Positions 43,769-53,742 of a stretch of 64,000 bases of DNA are shown here, piece after piece. This DNA is from Nitrospirales bacterium (GTDB lineage: Bacteria > Nitrospirota > Nitrospiria > Nitrospirales > UBA8639). The notes beneath the pieces are model-generated. The model had not been told where the DNA came from. It searched no databases and saw only the letters and a program-made list of their open reading frames with translations. Location: assembly GCA_965203295.1 (NCBI GenBank), contig CBDBCZ010000019.1, positions 640,001 through 704,000 of the forward strand, written 5' to 3'. A program made the position numbers and the translations under genes. Numbering within the stretch: position 1 is the first letter of the stretch; every line of letters starts with the position of its first letter.

Positions 43769-44521
43769 CTATTCGGCAGCAGCCACTTTCTCCATGACCT
43801 CATCGGGGATATCAAAATTGGCATGGACTTTTTGGACATCGTCATGGTCATCAAGTATTTCCATGAGCTTTAACATTTGCTCAGCCGCTTTTTCCTCGAG
43901 CTTCACTTGATTCTGAGGGAGAAACGTGACTTCTGCAACAGAGGGTTGAATGTGAGCTTGTTGCAGAGCTTCTTTGACGCCTTCAAAGTCATGAGGATCC
44001 GTGGTCACTTCAAAAGAGGCATTATTTCCTTTGACATCATCAGCGCCAGCTTCTAGAGTCAGACTGAGTAACTGGTCTTCATTCACGTTATCGTCTTCAA
44101 TGACCAACAACCCTCTTTTTTGAAACTGCCAAGCGACCGCTCCTGCTTCAGCCATTGTTCCATGGTGTTTCCCTAATAAACTCCTAATTTCAGCGACTGT
44201 TCGATTCCGGTTGTCGGTTGTGATTTCAAGGAGTATAGCGGTGCCACCAGGGCCATAGCCTTCAAGTGTAAATTCTTCAAACTGAACGCCGGGCAGTTCT
44301 CCTGTCCCCCTTTGAATAGCCCGCTTAATGGTGTCAGCTGGCATATTGACTTCTTTGGCTTTAGAAATGGCGGTCCGAAGGGCGGGATTCCCGTCAGGAT
44401 CCCCTCCATGTCTTGCCGCAATGGTCATTTCTCGAATGATCTTGGTGAAGACCTTTCCTCGTTTGGCATCCTGACCGGCTTTATGCCTTTTAATCGTTGA
44501 CCAGTGACTATGACCGCCCAT
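43769..44521 (-). CDS. yebC: YebC/PmpR family protein
   Basis: MGGHSHWSTIKRHK, EGYGPGG, DDVQKVHAN. Confidence 0.93.
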   Translation of the reverse strand: MGGHSHWSTIKRHKAGQDAKRGKVFTKIIREMTIAARHGGDPDGNPALRTAISKAKEVNMPADTIKRAIQRGTGELPGVQFEEFTLEGYGPGGTAILLEITTDNRNRTVAEIRSLLGKHHGTMAEAGAVAWQFQKRGLLVIEDDNVNEDQLLSLTLEAGADDVKGNNASFEVTTDPHDFEGVKEALQQAHIQPSVAEVTFLPQNQVKLEEKAAEQMLKLMEILDDHDDVQKVHANFDIPDEVMEKVAAAE

Positions 44522-44743
44522 TTTGGTAAACCTGAGTAAGAAGTAGTTGGAAATTCAACTGATTGTGAGTTTAGAGAAATTGGATAATTTCTGTAGCATA
44601 CTGCCTATTTTGGTGTCAACGAATCACAGATTATTGGTACGTAGAAATACGGTGACTTCTCAATACGTGCAATGGGAAGTCTAGGTCGCAACTGAGAAAA
44701 TAGGGTAGTTGATTCGTATTAAGGAGGATGGTAAGGAACGTTC

Positions 44744-45697
44744 ATGCGTATTGTCTTTATGGGGACTCCTGACTTCGCAATCCCTTCCCTCAAGGCTTTA
44801 CTGGAGTCACCCTACGAAGTCGTGGGGGTCGTCTGCCAACCTGACAAGCCAAAAGGTCGAGGAAAAGTTTTGGCCTCTCCTCCGATCAAGGTTTTAGCCC
44901 TAGAAAGAGGTCTCCCTCTACTTCAACCTGAAAAAATGAAGGCACCTGGTGTTCTGGAAACTTTGAAACAGTGGGACCCTGACCTTATTGCGGTCACGGC
45001 CTTTGGACGAATTCTTCCAAAAGAGATCCTCGCTCTCCCTCGTTTTCGATGCGTGAATGTGCATGCCTCTTTACTCCCACGATACCGAGGGGCAGCTCCC
45101 ATTCAATGGGCGATCATCAATGGAGAGGAGGAAACGGGAATCACGATCATGCTGATGGATGAAGGAATGGACACAGGTCCAATTCTGGATCAAGAGAAAG
45201 TGCCTATTTTCCCTGAAGAAGTTGCAGGAGAACTTTCCGTCAGGTTGGCACAAATAGGTGGAAAATTACTGGTTGAGGCGATACAAGTCCTAGAGGATGG
45301 TCGTTTGGTGGCTCGTTCTCAACAAGAAGAAGAGGCCACACTGGCTCCTCTATTAAAAAAAGAAGAAGGGAATATTGATTGGACATTGAAAACCATGCAG
45401 GTTCTTAACCGCATACGAGGCCTTTCCCCCTGGCCAGGTACGTATAGCTATCTCAATGGAGAGCGAATAGCCATTTGGAAGGCTCGCATGTCGTCTCATG
45501 TGAAGGCTCAAGTCCAGGAAATATCCCAGCCTGGCACGATTGTCTCGGTTGATGGTGAAGAATGTGTGGTCAGAACTGGAGAGGGGGTATTGGGTATTAC
45601 TGAGGTCCAGCCAGCAAACAAAAAGCGTATGACGATTAGCCAATTTCTGATGGGACACAGGATTTCCCCGAACATAGTCTTTACAAGAGAGCCGTGA
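44744..45697 (+). CDS. fmt: Methionyl-tRNA formyltransferase
   Basis: FMGTPDFA, NVHASLLPRYRGAAPI. Confidence 0.95.
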   Translation: MRIVFMGTPDFAIPSLKALLESPYEVVGVVCQPDKPKGRGKVLASPPIKVLALERGLPLLQPEKMKAPGVLETLKQWDPDLIAVTAFGRILPKEILALPRFRCVNVHASLLPRYRGAAPIQWAIINGEEETGITIMLMDEGMDTGPILDQEKVPIFPEEVAGELSVRLAQIGGKLLVEAIQVLEDGRLVARSQQEEEATLAPLLKKEEGNIDWTLKTMQVLNRIRGLSPWPGTYSYLNGERIAIWKARMSSHVKAQVQEISQPGTIVSVDGEECVVRTGEGVLGITEVQPANKKRMTISQFLMGHRISPNIVFTREP

Positions 45698-45744
45698 ATG
45701 GAATATTCGAGATCTGGCGAGTTCTTTATAAAAAGCAGCTCTTG

Positions 45745-46280
45745 AATACCCCCCAGCTTGCTGAGGGGAGGAAAAGAGCTAGCCCGCGAAGCGGGGTAAG
45801 CATGGTATTCTTTCATGCATGAGCCTCAAACGTACGCGGGGAGCCGTTTATGATCTCAAATATCATGTGGTCTGGGTGCCCAAGTATCGCCGGCTGGTAC
45901 TGAAGGGGCGAATAGCGACCCGGTTGAAGGAAATTTTTCTGGAGATTGCCGAGCGATATGGATTCGAGATCGATACCCAAGAGGTCATGGAGGATCATGT
46001 CCATATATTTCTCTCCGCTCCCCCGCGTTATAGTCCAGCCCAAGTGGCGCAGAGGTTGAAGAGCATATCGGCTCGGCTGATGTTTCAGGAGTTTCCTGAG
46101 GTGAAGCGCCAGTTGTGGGGCGGGGAATTGTGGAACGATGGATATTTTGTCCGCAGTGTGGGAGACAAATTGACCGGGGAGGTGATTCGTCAGTACATCA
46201 AGCATCAACATGATCCCAAACAACTTGAGTTAGATCTTTGAATCTTTAATACCTCCCAGCTTGCTGGGGGGTTCTTTACT
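45745..46280 (+). mobile_element. IS200-like insertion sequence (tnpA only); ends approximate
   Basis: Near-identical subterminal hairpins CCCCCAGCTTGCTGAGGGG (~45750) and CTCCCAGCTTGCTGGGGGG (~46253) flank tnpA. Confidence 0.85.
45819..46241 (+). CDS. tnpA: IS200/IS605 Y1 HUH transposase
   Basis: YHVVWVPKYRR, DHVH, LW..GYFV, YIKHQ. Confidence 0.93.
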   Translation: MSLKRTRGAVYDLKYHVVWVPKYRRLVLKGRIATRLKEIFLEIAERYGFEIDTQEVMEDHVHIFLSAPPRYSPAQVAQRLKSISARLMFQEFPEVKRQLWGGELWNDGYFVRSVGDKLTGEVIRQYIKHQHDPKQLELDL

Positions 46281-46308
46281 CAAGTCGATAAGGAAGGAAA
46301 GGGTATGT

Positions 46309-46653
46309 ATGACTGAGCAAGAAAAAGTAGCCTTGGAATTTCTCAGCCAACGTCTCAAGGAATTGGAATTGATCCAATCTCAGGCCCATAAAGCCGTCAA
46401 TGCCGTGTTGGCGAAGGAACAATTTCAAAAGTGGAAGAAACATACCCTTATGATCTTGTCGGAAAAGGTAGGACTAGTCTACGCGGAAGATCTGTCCAAG
46501 GATTGGGTTGAGGGAAACTTTGCCGGAGGTGACATGTACGACGAATTAGCGGATGACATTGAGATGTGTCTCCGGCATCTCAGAAAACTTGAGAAAGATA
46601 TTGAAACTAAGGGGTTGAGAACTGATGGACAAGTTGGCGATCAACCGGTATAA
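46309..46653 (+). CDS. Hypothetical protein
   Basis: ORF from MTEQEK with SD. Confidence 0.7.
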   Translation: MTEQEKVALEFLSQRLKELELIQSQAHKAVNAVLAKEQFQKWKKHTLMILSEKVGLVYAEDLSKDWVEGNFAGGDMYDELADDIEMCLRHLRKLEKDIETKGLRTDGQVGDQPV

Positions 46654-46678
46654 GAAAAATTAGGGCCGTACATAAATT

Positions 46679-47524
46679 ATGAAGGTTCCCGCTGATGTGA
46701 AACCCAAGAAACGTTTGGGGCAGCATTTTCTTATCGACCCTAATATTGCCAGAAAAATTCTTGCGACTGCCCAATTAGAACCTCACCACACTGTTTTGGA
46801 AATCGGTCCAGGGTGTGGAGCCTTGACAGAAGCTCTGTGCGAATCCGTGTCCCGAGTCATCGCGCTGGAAATCGACAAGGATTTAGCTGAGTCTCTCAAG
46901 CAAACCCTCAACAGATTCTCCAATTTGGAAATACACAGAACGGATGCCCTCCAATTTCCCTATGTGACCCTTCCGAAGGGCACCGTGGTGGTGGCCAATC
47001 TTCCCTATAATGTTTCGACTCCTCTGCTGTTTCAATTATTGAAGGCCAGAGCGTATTTCCAACGTATGGTTCTCATGTTGCAGTATGAGGTGGCGCAACG
47101 GATCGTGGCTAAACCTGGCACTCGGGATTATGGAGCCTTATCGGTCATTGCTCAGTGTTTTTCCAAGCCCCAAAAGTTGTTTGCCATTGCGCCAACCTGT
47201 TTTCGTCCTCGTCCCAAGGTGGAATCTGCGGTCGTTCGGTTTGATTTTTTGGATAATCCTTCCTGCCACCCGCTGGATGAGACCGCATTCATTCGGATTG
47301 TGAGAGGCGCATTTGCTCATCGACGAAAAACGCTCGTCAACTCATTTCGTGATGAGAGATACTCTTCCTCAGATATCAAGGATATGTTTGGAAAGACAGA
47401 CATCAGTATGGTGCGAAGGGCCGAGACGTTGTCGGTAGACGAATTCGTTGCCCTTGCAAAGGCTTTCACCATATTGGTCGAAGGATCATCACAATCTGTT
47501 TCGAGCCGTTCTCACACAATGTAG
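46679..47524 (+). CDS. rsmA: 16S rRNA m6,2A dimethyltransferase
   Basis: LGQHFL, EIGPG, ANLPYN, RRKTL, RAETL. Confidence 0.95.
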   Translation: MKVPADVKPKKRLGQHFLIDPNIARKILATAQLEPHHTVLEIGPGCGALTEALCESVSRVIALEIDKDLAESLKQTLNRFSNLEIHRTDALQFPYVTLPKGTVVVANLPYNVSTPLLFQLLKARAYFQRMVLMLQYEVAQRIVAKPGTRDYGALSVIAQCFSKPQKLFAIAPTCFRPRPKVESAVVRFDFLDNPSCHPLDETAFIRIVRGAFAHRRKTLVNSFRDERYSSSDIKDMFGKTDISMVRRAETLSVDEFVALAKAFTILVEGSSQSVSSRSHTM

Positions 47525-47561
47525 ATTGATAAATAGCAACCCTCATGTTAGGATTTACCCT

Positions 47562-49988
47562 ATGAGTATCTTCCCTAGGGTACCCTCAAAAGTTTCAAAG
47601 CCTATCAAGAGCTCTCCACCACAGTTCAAGGATGAAATTGCAGGAATTCTCTTTGTCGTCGCAGGGTTCTTAATCTTTTTGAGCATCTGGTCGTATTCTC
47701 CAACCGATCGGCTCATCTTCGATTCGATGGAGGATGCCAATCGTCAGGCATCATCTCCTCAAAGTAACCTCATTGGTTCTGTTGGAGCGACCATAGCATT
47801 TGGATTGTTTTGGTTGTGTGGAGGAGCTGCCTATGCTGTCCCCCTCTTGATTGTGTTTCAAGGGGTCAGGGCTTTTGCGCAAGAGGGGTGGAGGTCAAAC
47901 CTTCGATGTCTTGTGGGTTCTATTTTGGCGGTCTTCTTTCTCAGTGCGTTGATTTATCTATTATCACCTGTGCCTGACGTCAAAGGTGAATCGTCGACAG
48001 TTGCTGGTGGGATTGCAGGTCAGACCTTAGCTCTCGCCCTTGTGGAGTATTTTGCCCATGCTGGGAGCCTGATTTTACTAGCAACCGGGCTGTTAGTTTC
48101 CCTTATTTTCATTAAACCGTTTTCATTAGTCTCAACCGCGCAACAGGCCTCCGGCATTTGGTCAGTCTTCGTCGGATTATTCGTCGGATTAAAAAAAATC
48201 TTCTCATTCATTCCATTCCCGAATGGGGAGAATGTGGGGAGATTGAAAGCCAATAAACCGGTAAAGATCAACCGGAGTCTAACGACACGAGGTGGCACGT
48301 CTTCCTATTCACTCAAACAGGAATCGAAGGAAGAAGAATTTAGAGATGAGCCAGTCGAAACCAAGGAAGCTGTTTCCTCTAAATCTTCCTCTCAAGAGAA
48401 AAACGAAGAAGTGTCTTCTCTGGATTTTCACCGCAAGGTGTCCCAAGGATATCGTCTTCCTAACCCAGTCGACCTCTTGGAACTTCCGCCTCTTTCCAAT
48501 AATCGCCAAACGGACAAGATTTTAGAAACGCAATCGCAAGTTCTCACGGGAGCCTTACAAAGTTTCGGAATCGGAGGCAAGGTCACTGAGATCCACCCTG
48601 GACCGGTCATCACGATGTATGAATTCGAACCGAATCCAGGTATCAAGGTCGCTCGCATTGTGACCCTCGCTCATGATTTAGCGATGGCTCTCAAAGCCAC
48701 CAGCGTGCGAATTGTGGCACCCCTCCCCGGGAAATCAACTGTTGGCGTTGAAGTGCCGAATCCCATACATGAAACCGTGGCTCTACGTGAGATCCTCACC
48801 AGTGATGTCTTTGTCAGGTCCCGATCGAAACTGGCTCTCGCATTAGGAAAAGATATATTTGGAAGACCTATGGTGACCGATCTGAAAACCATGCCTCATC
48901 TGTTGGTCGCTGGTGCAACAGGTACGGGAAAAAGTGTCGGGCTCAATAGTATGCTGCTGTCGATTTTATTTTCGACACATCCTGATGAAGTCAAACTTCT
49001 CTTGATCGATCCTAAAGTCCTGGAACTTCAGGTCTATGACGGCATTCCTCATCTCCTTCGACCGGTGATTACAAACCCCAAAGCCGCCTCGCGCGGGTTA
49101 ACCTGGGTCGTCCAAGAAATGGAACGTCGCTATCGGCTCTTGGCCGAGCACGGCGTGCGCCATATTCAAGCATTTAACGTCAAGATGGCAAAATTGGCAG
49201 AACAGAGAGGCAATGGGACGGTGCCGGAAGCGCCGGTCCAGCTTTCCCTATCTCTGGAGGGAACGGATGATGGAGATGCCTTAGATTCAGGAGAATCCAC
49301 CATACCTGTTCAGGAGACCGCTCCCTTAGAGCCCTTATCGTATATTGTGGTTGTGGTGGATGAATTTGCGGACTTGATGATGGTCGGACCAAAGGAAGTT
49401 GAAGAGAAGATTGCTCGCTTAGCTCAAATGGCCAGAGCGTCCGGTATTCATCTTATTTTAGCCACTCAACGGCCTTCTGTAGACGTGGTTACCGGGTTGA
49501 TCAAGGCGAATTTCCCCGCTCGGATTGCCTATCAAGTCTCCTCGAAAATCGACTCGAGAACGATCCTCGACGCGAACGGGGCGGAAGCATTACTCGGGTT
49601 GGGAGATATGTTGTATATGGCTTCAGGAACTGGTCGAATCGTTCGCATGCACGGTTCCTATGTCTCGGATGAAGATGTGCGTCGGGTGGTGGAATGGGTA
49701 AAAGCTCAAGCGGGTCCAGCTTATTCGGAGGATTCAGCGATTTCAGATCTGACACCTTCGGAACCAGATGAAGAAAAGGATGAAGTGTACGAGCAGGCCA
49801 AAGAAATTGTTTTATCTACTGGTCAAGCCTCGGCTTCCCTAATCCAACGACGCCTCCGAGTGGGGTATCCTCGGGCAGCAAGGATGATTGAACAAATGGA
49901 AGAGGACGGGCTCGTGAGCGCACAAGGACGAGATGGAAGACGAGAGGTGGTTGGGCGTCGTATGGTTATTGGTGAGGAGGTAGGATGA
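47562..49988 (+). CDS. ftsK: DNA translocase FtsK
   Basis: N-terminal TM domain, GATGTGKS, ATQRPSVDV, gamma domain QRRLRVGYPRAAR. Confidence 0.95.
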   Translation: MSIFPRVPSKVSKPIKSSPPQFKDEIAGILFVVAGFLIFLSIWSYSPTDRLIFDSMEDANRQASSPQSNLIGSVGATIAFGLFWLCGGAAYAVPLLIVFQGVRAFAQEGWRSNLRCLVGSILAVFFLSALIYLLSPVPDVKGESSTVAGGIAGQTLALALVEYFAHAGSLILLATGLLVSLIFIKPFSLVSTAQQASGIWSVFVGLFVGLKKIFSFIPFPNGENVGRLKANKPVKINRSLTTRGGTSSYSLKQESKEEEFRDEPVETKEAVSSKSSSQEKNEEVSSLDFHRKVSQGYRLPNPVDLLELPPLSNNRQTDKILETQSQVLTGALQSFGIGGKVTEIHPGPVITMYEFEPNPGIKVARIVTLAHDLAMALKATSVRIVAPLPGKSTVGVEVPNPIHETVALREILTSDVFVRSRSKLALALGKDIFGRPMVTDLKTMPHLLVAGATGTGKSVGLNSMLLSILFSTHPDEVKLLLIDPKVLELQVYDGIPHLLRPVITNPKAASRGLTWVVQEMERRYRLLAEHGVRHIQAFNVKMAKLAEQRGNGTVPEAPVQLSLSLEGTDDGDALDSGESTIPVQETAPLEPLSYIVVVVDEFADLMMVGPKEVEEKIARLAQMARASGIHLILATQRPSVDVVTGLIKANFPARIAYQVSSKIDSRTILDANGAEALLGLGDMLYMASGTGRIVRMHGSYVSDEDVRRVVEWVKAQAGPAYSEDSAISDLTPSEPDEEKDEVYEQAKEIVLSTGQASASLIQRRLRVGYPRAARMIEQMEEDGLVSAQGRDGRREVVGRRMVIGEEVG

Positions 49989-50674
49989 GGAGGTTCCTGA
50001 GCCTTGTGCTTTTATGTGCTTGGCTGCTCCCTCTCTCTGCTGTTGGAGGAGGAGGGTTGAAGCAAGCCATTAATACGTTAGTCGATCAGGTCGATGCGCG
50101 ATACAACACCATTCATGACCTGCAGGCCGATTTCACACAAGAAACCAAGGTTGAAGGATTTGAGACTCCGCTGACTTCATCAGGTAAGGTATTCCTAAAA
50201 AAGCCAGGGCTATTGAGATGGGAATACGTTGACCCATCGGTTGAACAGATTTTTGTCCATGGGGATAACGTGCAGATCTTTGTCCCCGAGCATAATCAGG
50301 TGATTCAGGGAAACCTGACCCAAATGGTGGCAACCAAAGCTCCTCTCCAATTGCTTCAAGGAGCAGGGAAGTTGGCTGAAGAGTTTATTGTCACACCTAC
50401 TGAAAAAGGAGAACAAGGGGAAGGGGGCTTGCCTCTTCTTATGTTGGTTCCTCGGCAGAAAGGGCAAGGAGAATCGTCATCCATCACGCATATTGTGTCT
50501 GAAATCGAGCCAAAAACCCATCTGATAAAGTCCATTTCTCTTCATGAGGTCAGTGGAAATATTTCAACGTTTCACTTTGCAAATATGAGAACCAACAAGA
50601 ATTTGTCCGATAGTGTCTTTGAACTAGATTTGCCCGAGGGGGTTGTGATCGTTGAGGATGTTTTTCCGCAATGA
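49985..50674 (+). CDS. lolA: Outer-membrane lipoprotein carrier LolA
   Basis: ADFTQ, KKPGLLRWEY; follows ftsK. Confidence 0.85.
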   Translation: MRRFLSLVLLCAWLLPLSAVGGGGLKQAINTLVDQVDARYNTIHDLQADFTQETKVEGFETPLTSSGKVFLKKPGLLRWEYVDPSVEQIFVHGDNVQIFVPEHNQVIQGNLTQMVATKAPLQLLQGAGKLAEEFIVTPTEKGEQGEGGLPLLMLVPRQKGQGESSSITHIVSEIEPKTHLIKSISLHEVSGNISTFHFANMRTNKNLSDSVFELDLPEGVVIVEDVFPQ

Positions 50675-50761
50675 TAAAAAAGATGTCAAGGTAGGTTTAA
50701 CAAAAGCCTTTCATCGGCTTGCGTAGGGGCGTATGCTCTTGATTCCCCTGTGGCTTCTTTA

Positions 50762-50820
50762 GCAGGATGTTCAAAAAGGCCCGAGAAAACGCCGCTGGCC
50801 GACTTTATCAACATCCTGTT
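50762..50820. repeat. Internally deleted copy of the intergenic inverted-repeat element
   Basis: CAGGATGTTCAAAAAGGC...GAAAACGCCGCTGGC...TCAACATCCTG shares both ends with 52390-52508. Confidence 0.7.
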
Positions 50821-51060
50821 AGGGATGATCTTGATCATTCACGTCCTTGGTTAATCCTACTCTACCGGATCCTCTCTATTCCTCATTCAACCCCAGAAAG
50901 GGTTGCTTCATTGCTCAGCAAGAGTCGGAGATCCAGCCCTGTTTTGAAAACGAAATGAAGAAAAAGTATGGGTGACCTTGAAGGTATGTCCCACTTGTTC
51001 TCTATCCATGGTAAGGTTTTTATGAAGATTCTTCCTAGGAAGATTGCGAAAGAAGGGTGT

Positions 51061-51597
51061 ATGCAGACAAATAGCCGGTCACGACTTTTACTTCTGATCG
51101 TGGCATCTCTTCTTTTGGGATTAACAGGAGACCTCACTCATGATCCCGTCAAAGTCGTTGAAAAGTATCTTTCTTTGGACAAACGTGGAGCGCGTTTAGA
51201 GGCAGTATCGTATGAAGTCCTCAAGCCGTATGTGGCTTGGGAGGAAGAACTAGTTTGGGAAAAAATCGTCGTGATCACGGATTATCAAGTGTCACAAGAT
51301 ATATCACAATGGACTGTCTTAAATTCATTAGAATCCCTGATTCCAGTCACCTTCACAGTGATTGGTACGATGGATTGGGAAACAGCCACGTTTCGACCAG
51401 AGCCTCGAACCGAAGAGATGTCCGTTCATATCCAAGCCGTGAAAAATAGGTGGCGAATTGTTGATCCCATATATTCTCCTCATGTTAGCAAGAAACGGTT
51501 GATCAATTTCGTGCGTGAAGCGTTGTTGAACGAAATCGATGGACAGCGTAAAGAGGGCCTCAAACAACTGAGACATGCTTTAGAAAAGGCTGGGTGA
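51061..51597 (+). CDS. Exported hypothetical protein
   Basis: ORF with an N-terminal hydrophobic segment. Confidence 0.65.
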   Translation: MQTNSRSRLLLLIVASLLLGLTGDLTHDPVKVVEKYLSLDKRGARLEAVSYEVLKPYVAWEEELVWEKIVVITDYQVSQDISQWTVLNSLESLIPVTFTVIGTMDWETATFRPEPRTEEMSVHIQAVKNRWRIVDPIYSPHVSKKRLINFVREALLNEIDGQRKEGLKQLRHALEKAG

Positions 51598-52286
51598 TGC
51601 GGCAGAATTACCGACCATTTGATTGCGATTTGTTAATTTTTGATTTTGATGGAACCCTCATCGATTCAAAACATGATATCGCCACAGCTGTCAACTTAAC
51701 GCTGAAAGACCTTGCTCTCCCTCTTCGAACGCCTGAAGAAATCTTTACCTTTGTTGGAGATGGAGTCAAACGATTACTTCGGCTGTCTGTCGGAGAAGAC
51801 AACCTTGATCAATATGAAGAGGCCCTGAGAATCTTCCGTCAACATTATCTGGCCCATTGTTTGGATTCCACTCAGTTCTATCCTGGGATTGATGAGGTTT
51901 TTGAACACTTTCGTTCTTTGGTTAAAGCCATTGCCACAAACAAATCGTTGGAATATACCTTAAGAATTGTGGAAGGTCTGGGAGTTCGAGAGCAATTTGC
52001 TGCGATTGAGAGTCCCATGGATTCCGCGGAATTGAAGCCTGATCCAGGAATGCTGCTCCGAATACTCTCAACTCTCAATATTTCACCAGATCGAGCTGTG
52101 TTAGTGGGGGATAGTACGAATGATGTCAGGGCTGCAAAAGCCGCAGGAATCAAATCTTGTGCTGTGGGGTATGGCTATGGTGATCGGGGAAAAGTGGCGG
52201 CACTTGAACCGGACTTTTTCTGCGAAAAGCCACAGGAGCTCATACCCATGTTTACCATAAAACCCTCTTTGGCAAATTCAGAGTAA
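51594..52286 (+). CDS. gph: HAD-family phosphatase (phosphoglycolate phosphatase-like)
   Basis: DFDGTLID, TNK, KPDP, VGDS. Confidence 0.85.
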   Translation: MMRQNYRPFDCDLLIFDFDGTLIDSKHDIATAVNLTLKDLALPLRTPEEIFTFVGDGVKRLLRLSVGEDNLDQYEEALRIFRQHYLAHCLDSTQFYPGIDEVFEHFRSLVKAIATNKSLEYTLRIVEGLGVREQFAAIESPMDSAELKPDPGMLLRILSTLNISPDRAVLVGDSTNDVRAAKAAGIKSCAVGYGYGDRGKVAALEPDFFCEKPQELIPMFTIKPSLANSE

Positions 52287-52389
52287 CTTCAAAGACTCTC
52301 ATCATACACTTCCTTTCTGAGACTGTTGAACAATTCATTTTTCTTATGGCTCGTCTCATCTCACTCCACCGACACCCCAGAGCCACAGG

Positions 52390-52508
52390 AGGTTGTTCAA
52401 AAAGGCTCGTCCAGCAAGGCCGCAGGCTTTTGGGCGCGCGGAGCGTACACGTAGTAGGTGAGCACGACAAAGAGCCGAGAACGCCGCTGGCGGCCTTTTT
52501 CAACAGTC
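52390..52508. repeat. ~120-bp non-autonomous REP/MITE-like element with terminal inverted repeats
   Basis: TGTTCAAAAAGGC ... GCCTTTTTCAACA ends; internal CCAGCAAGGCCGCAG and GAGAACGCCGCTGGC. Confidence 0.75.
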
Positions 52509-52716
52509 CCTTTCTCTAAATTCTTAAAAAGCACAGAGAGATCATTCTCAAGAATCCCTCTGCTATGACGGGATGCCTTTCTCCCAATTTAGTTGACATG
52601 GGGTGTAATATGTAGAGTAACGAAAGGACTCTATTTCAGAGGGCATTGTGTATAGAAGGGAATAAAGGGAAAGCTTGGAGAAGCCAAGTATTCTGACCTA
52701 GAGAAAGGAGAAAGGG

Positions 52717-53222
52717 ATGAAATGTGAAATGAATCGGAGGACGTTATTGAAAATCGGGGGCGTCGTAGGGATAAGCCTGATGGCCAAATCCTTGAGGTTC
52801 TCCCAAGCCTTGGCGCGTGAATCTCAACAGGACTTTTTGATCGTAAAGACCGACGAAGAATGGCGTGCTATGCTCACAACTGAGCAGTATCGTGTTTTGA
52901 GGCAGGAGGCAACGGAGCCTCCCTTTACCAATACCTTCAATGACAACAAGGTCCGTGGCATCTACCATTGCGCAGGATGTGATTTGCCATTATTTTCATT
53001 CGAGACGAAATACGATAGTTAAACCGGATTGCCGAGTTTTTGGGAGCCGATTTCAGCCTTGGCTATTGGGATCAAAACAGATTGGCTATTAATTTATCCG
53101 AGGACTGAAGTTCACTGTGCTCGCTGCGGTGGACATCAGGGACATGTGTTAAAGATGGACCACCACCGACAGGTCTACGCTATTGCATCAATTCTGCCGC
53201 GTTAGTATTTAGGTCTGCGTAA
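52717..53222 (+). pseudogene. msrB: Tat-exported methionine-R-sulfoxide reductase with nonsense TAA at 53020 and a frameshift near 53150
   Basis: [26 protein letters not shown], then [14 protein letters not shown] in another frame. Confidence 0.9.
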
Positions 53223-53361
53223 CAGAAGGGCCGACATGGGGCCAAGAGTCTTTTGACATGGTTACGGTGGATTCCTGAGAGTGCAGCAAGAACCTGCAAG
53301 GGCGGAAACTGTTTGGAAGGGGTTAAAAAACGGGCCCAGGCTAAGAGATCCTGACGTTTAA

Positions 53362-53553
53362 TTATCCCGCCTTTTGCACACATCCTGACCGCAAACATCG
53401 GGTGCACACTCGAATGCGCTTTGCGGCTCCATTCACGAAAGCCCTGACTGTTTGAAGATTGGGTCGAAAGATTCGTTTGGTTCTATTATTGGCGTGGCTC
53501 ACGTTATTTCCGGTCATCCGTTTCTTTCCACAAAAAGAGCATGCAAATGCCAT
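53362..53553 (-). CDS. rpmB: 50S ribosomal protein L28
   Basis: [17 protein letters not shown]. Confidence 0.95.
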   Translation of the reverse strand: MAFACSFCGKKRMTGNNVSHANNRTKRIFRPNLQTVRAFVNGAAKRIRVCTRCLRSGCVQKAG

Positions 53554-53742
53554 GACGACTAACCTCCCTCAAGATCATTGTGACGGTAGTTCTTTCTTGT
53601 TACCATAGGGCAGGGTTTCTTGACAAGCCTGCAGAGGGTCTTTCTGATAATTTTGTGACATAGACGAGGAAAACCCTTGAAATATCAAGGAGAAAGATTC
53701 TCACAAGCCGTCTCTATAGTTCTTCCGAATGTATGACATGAA

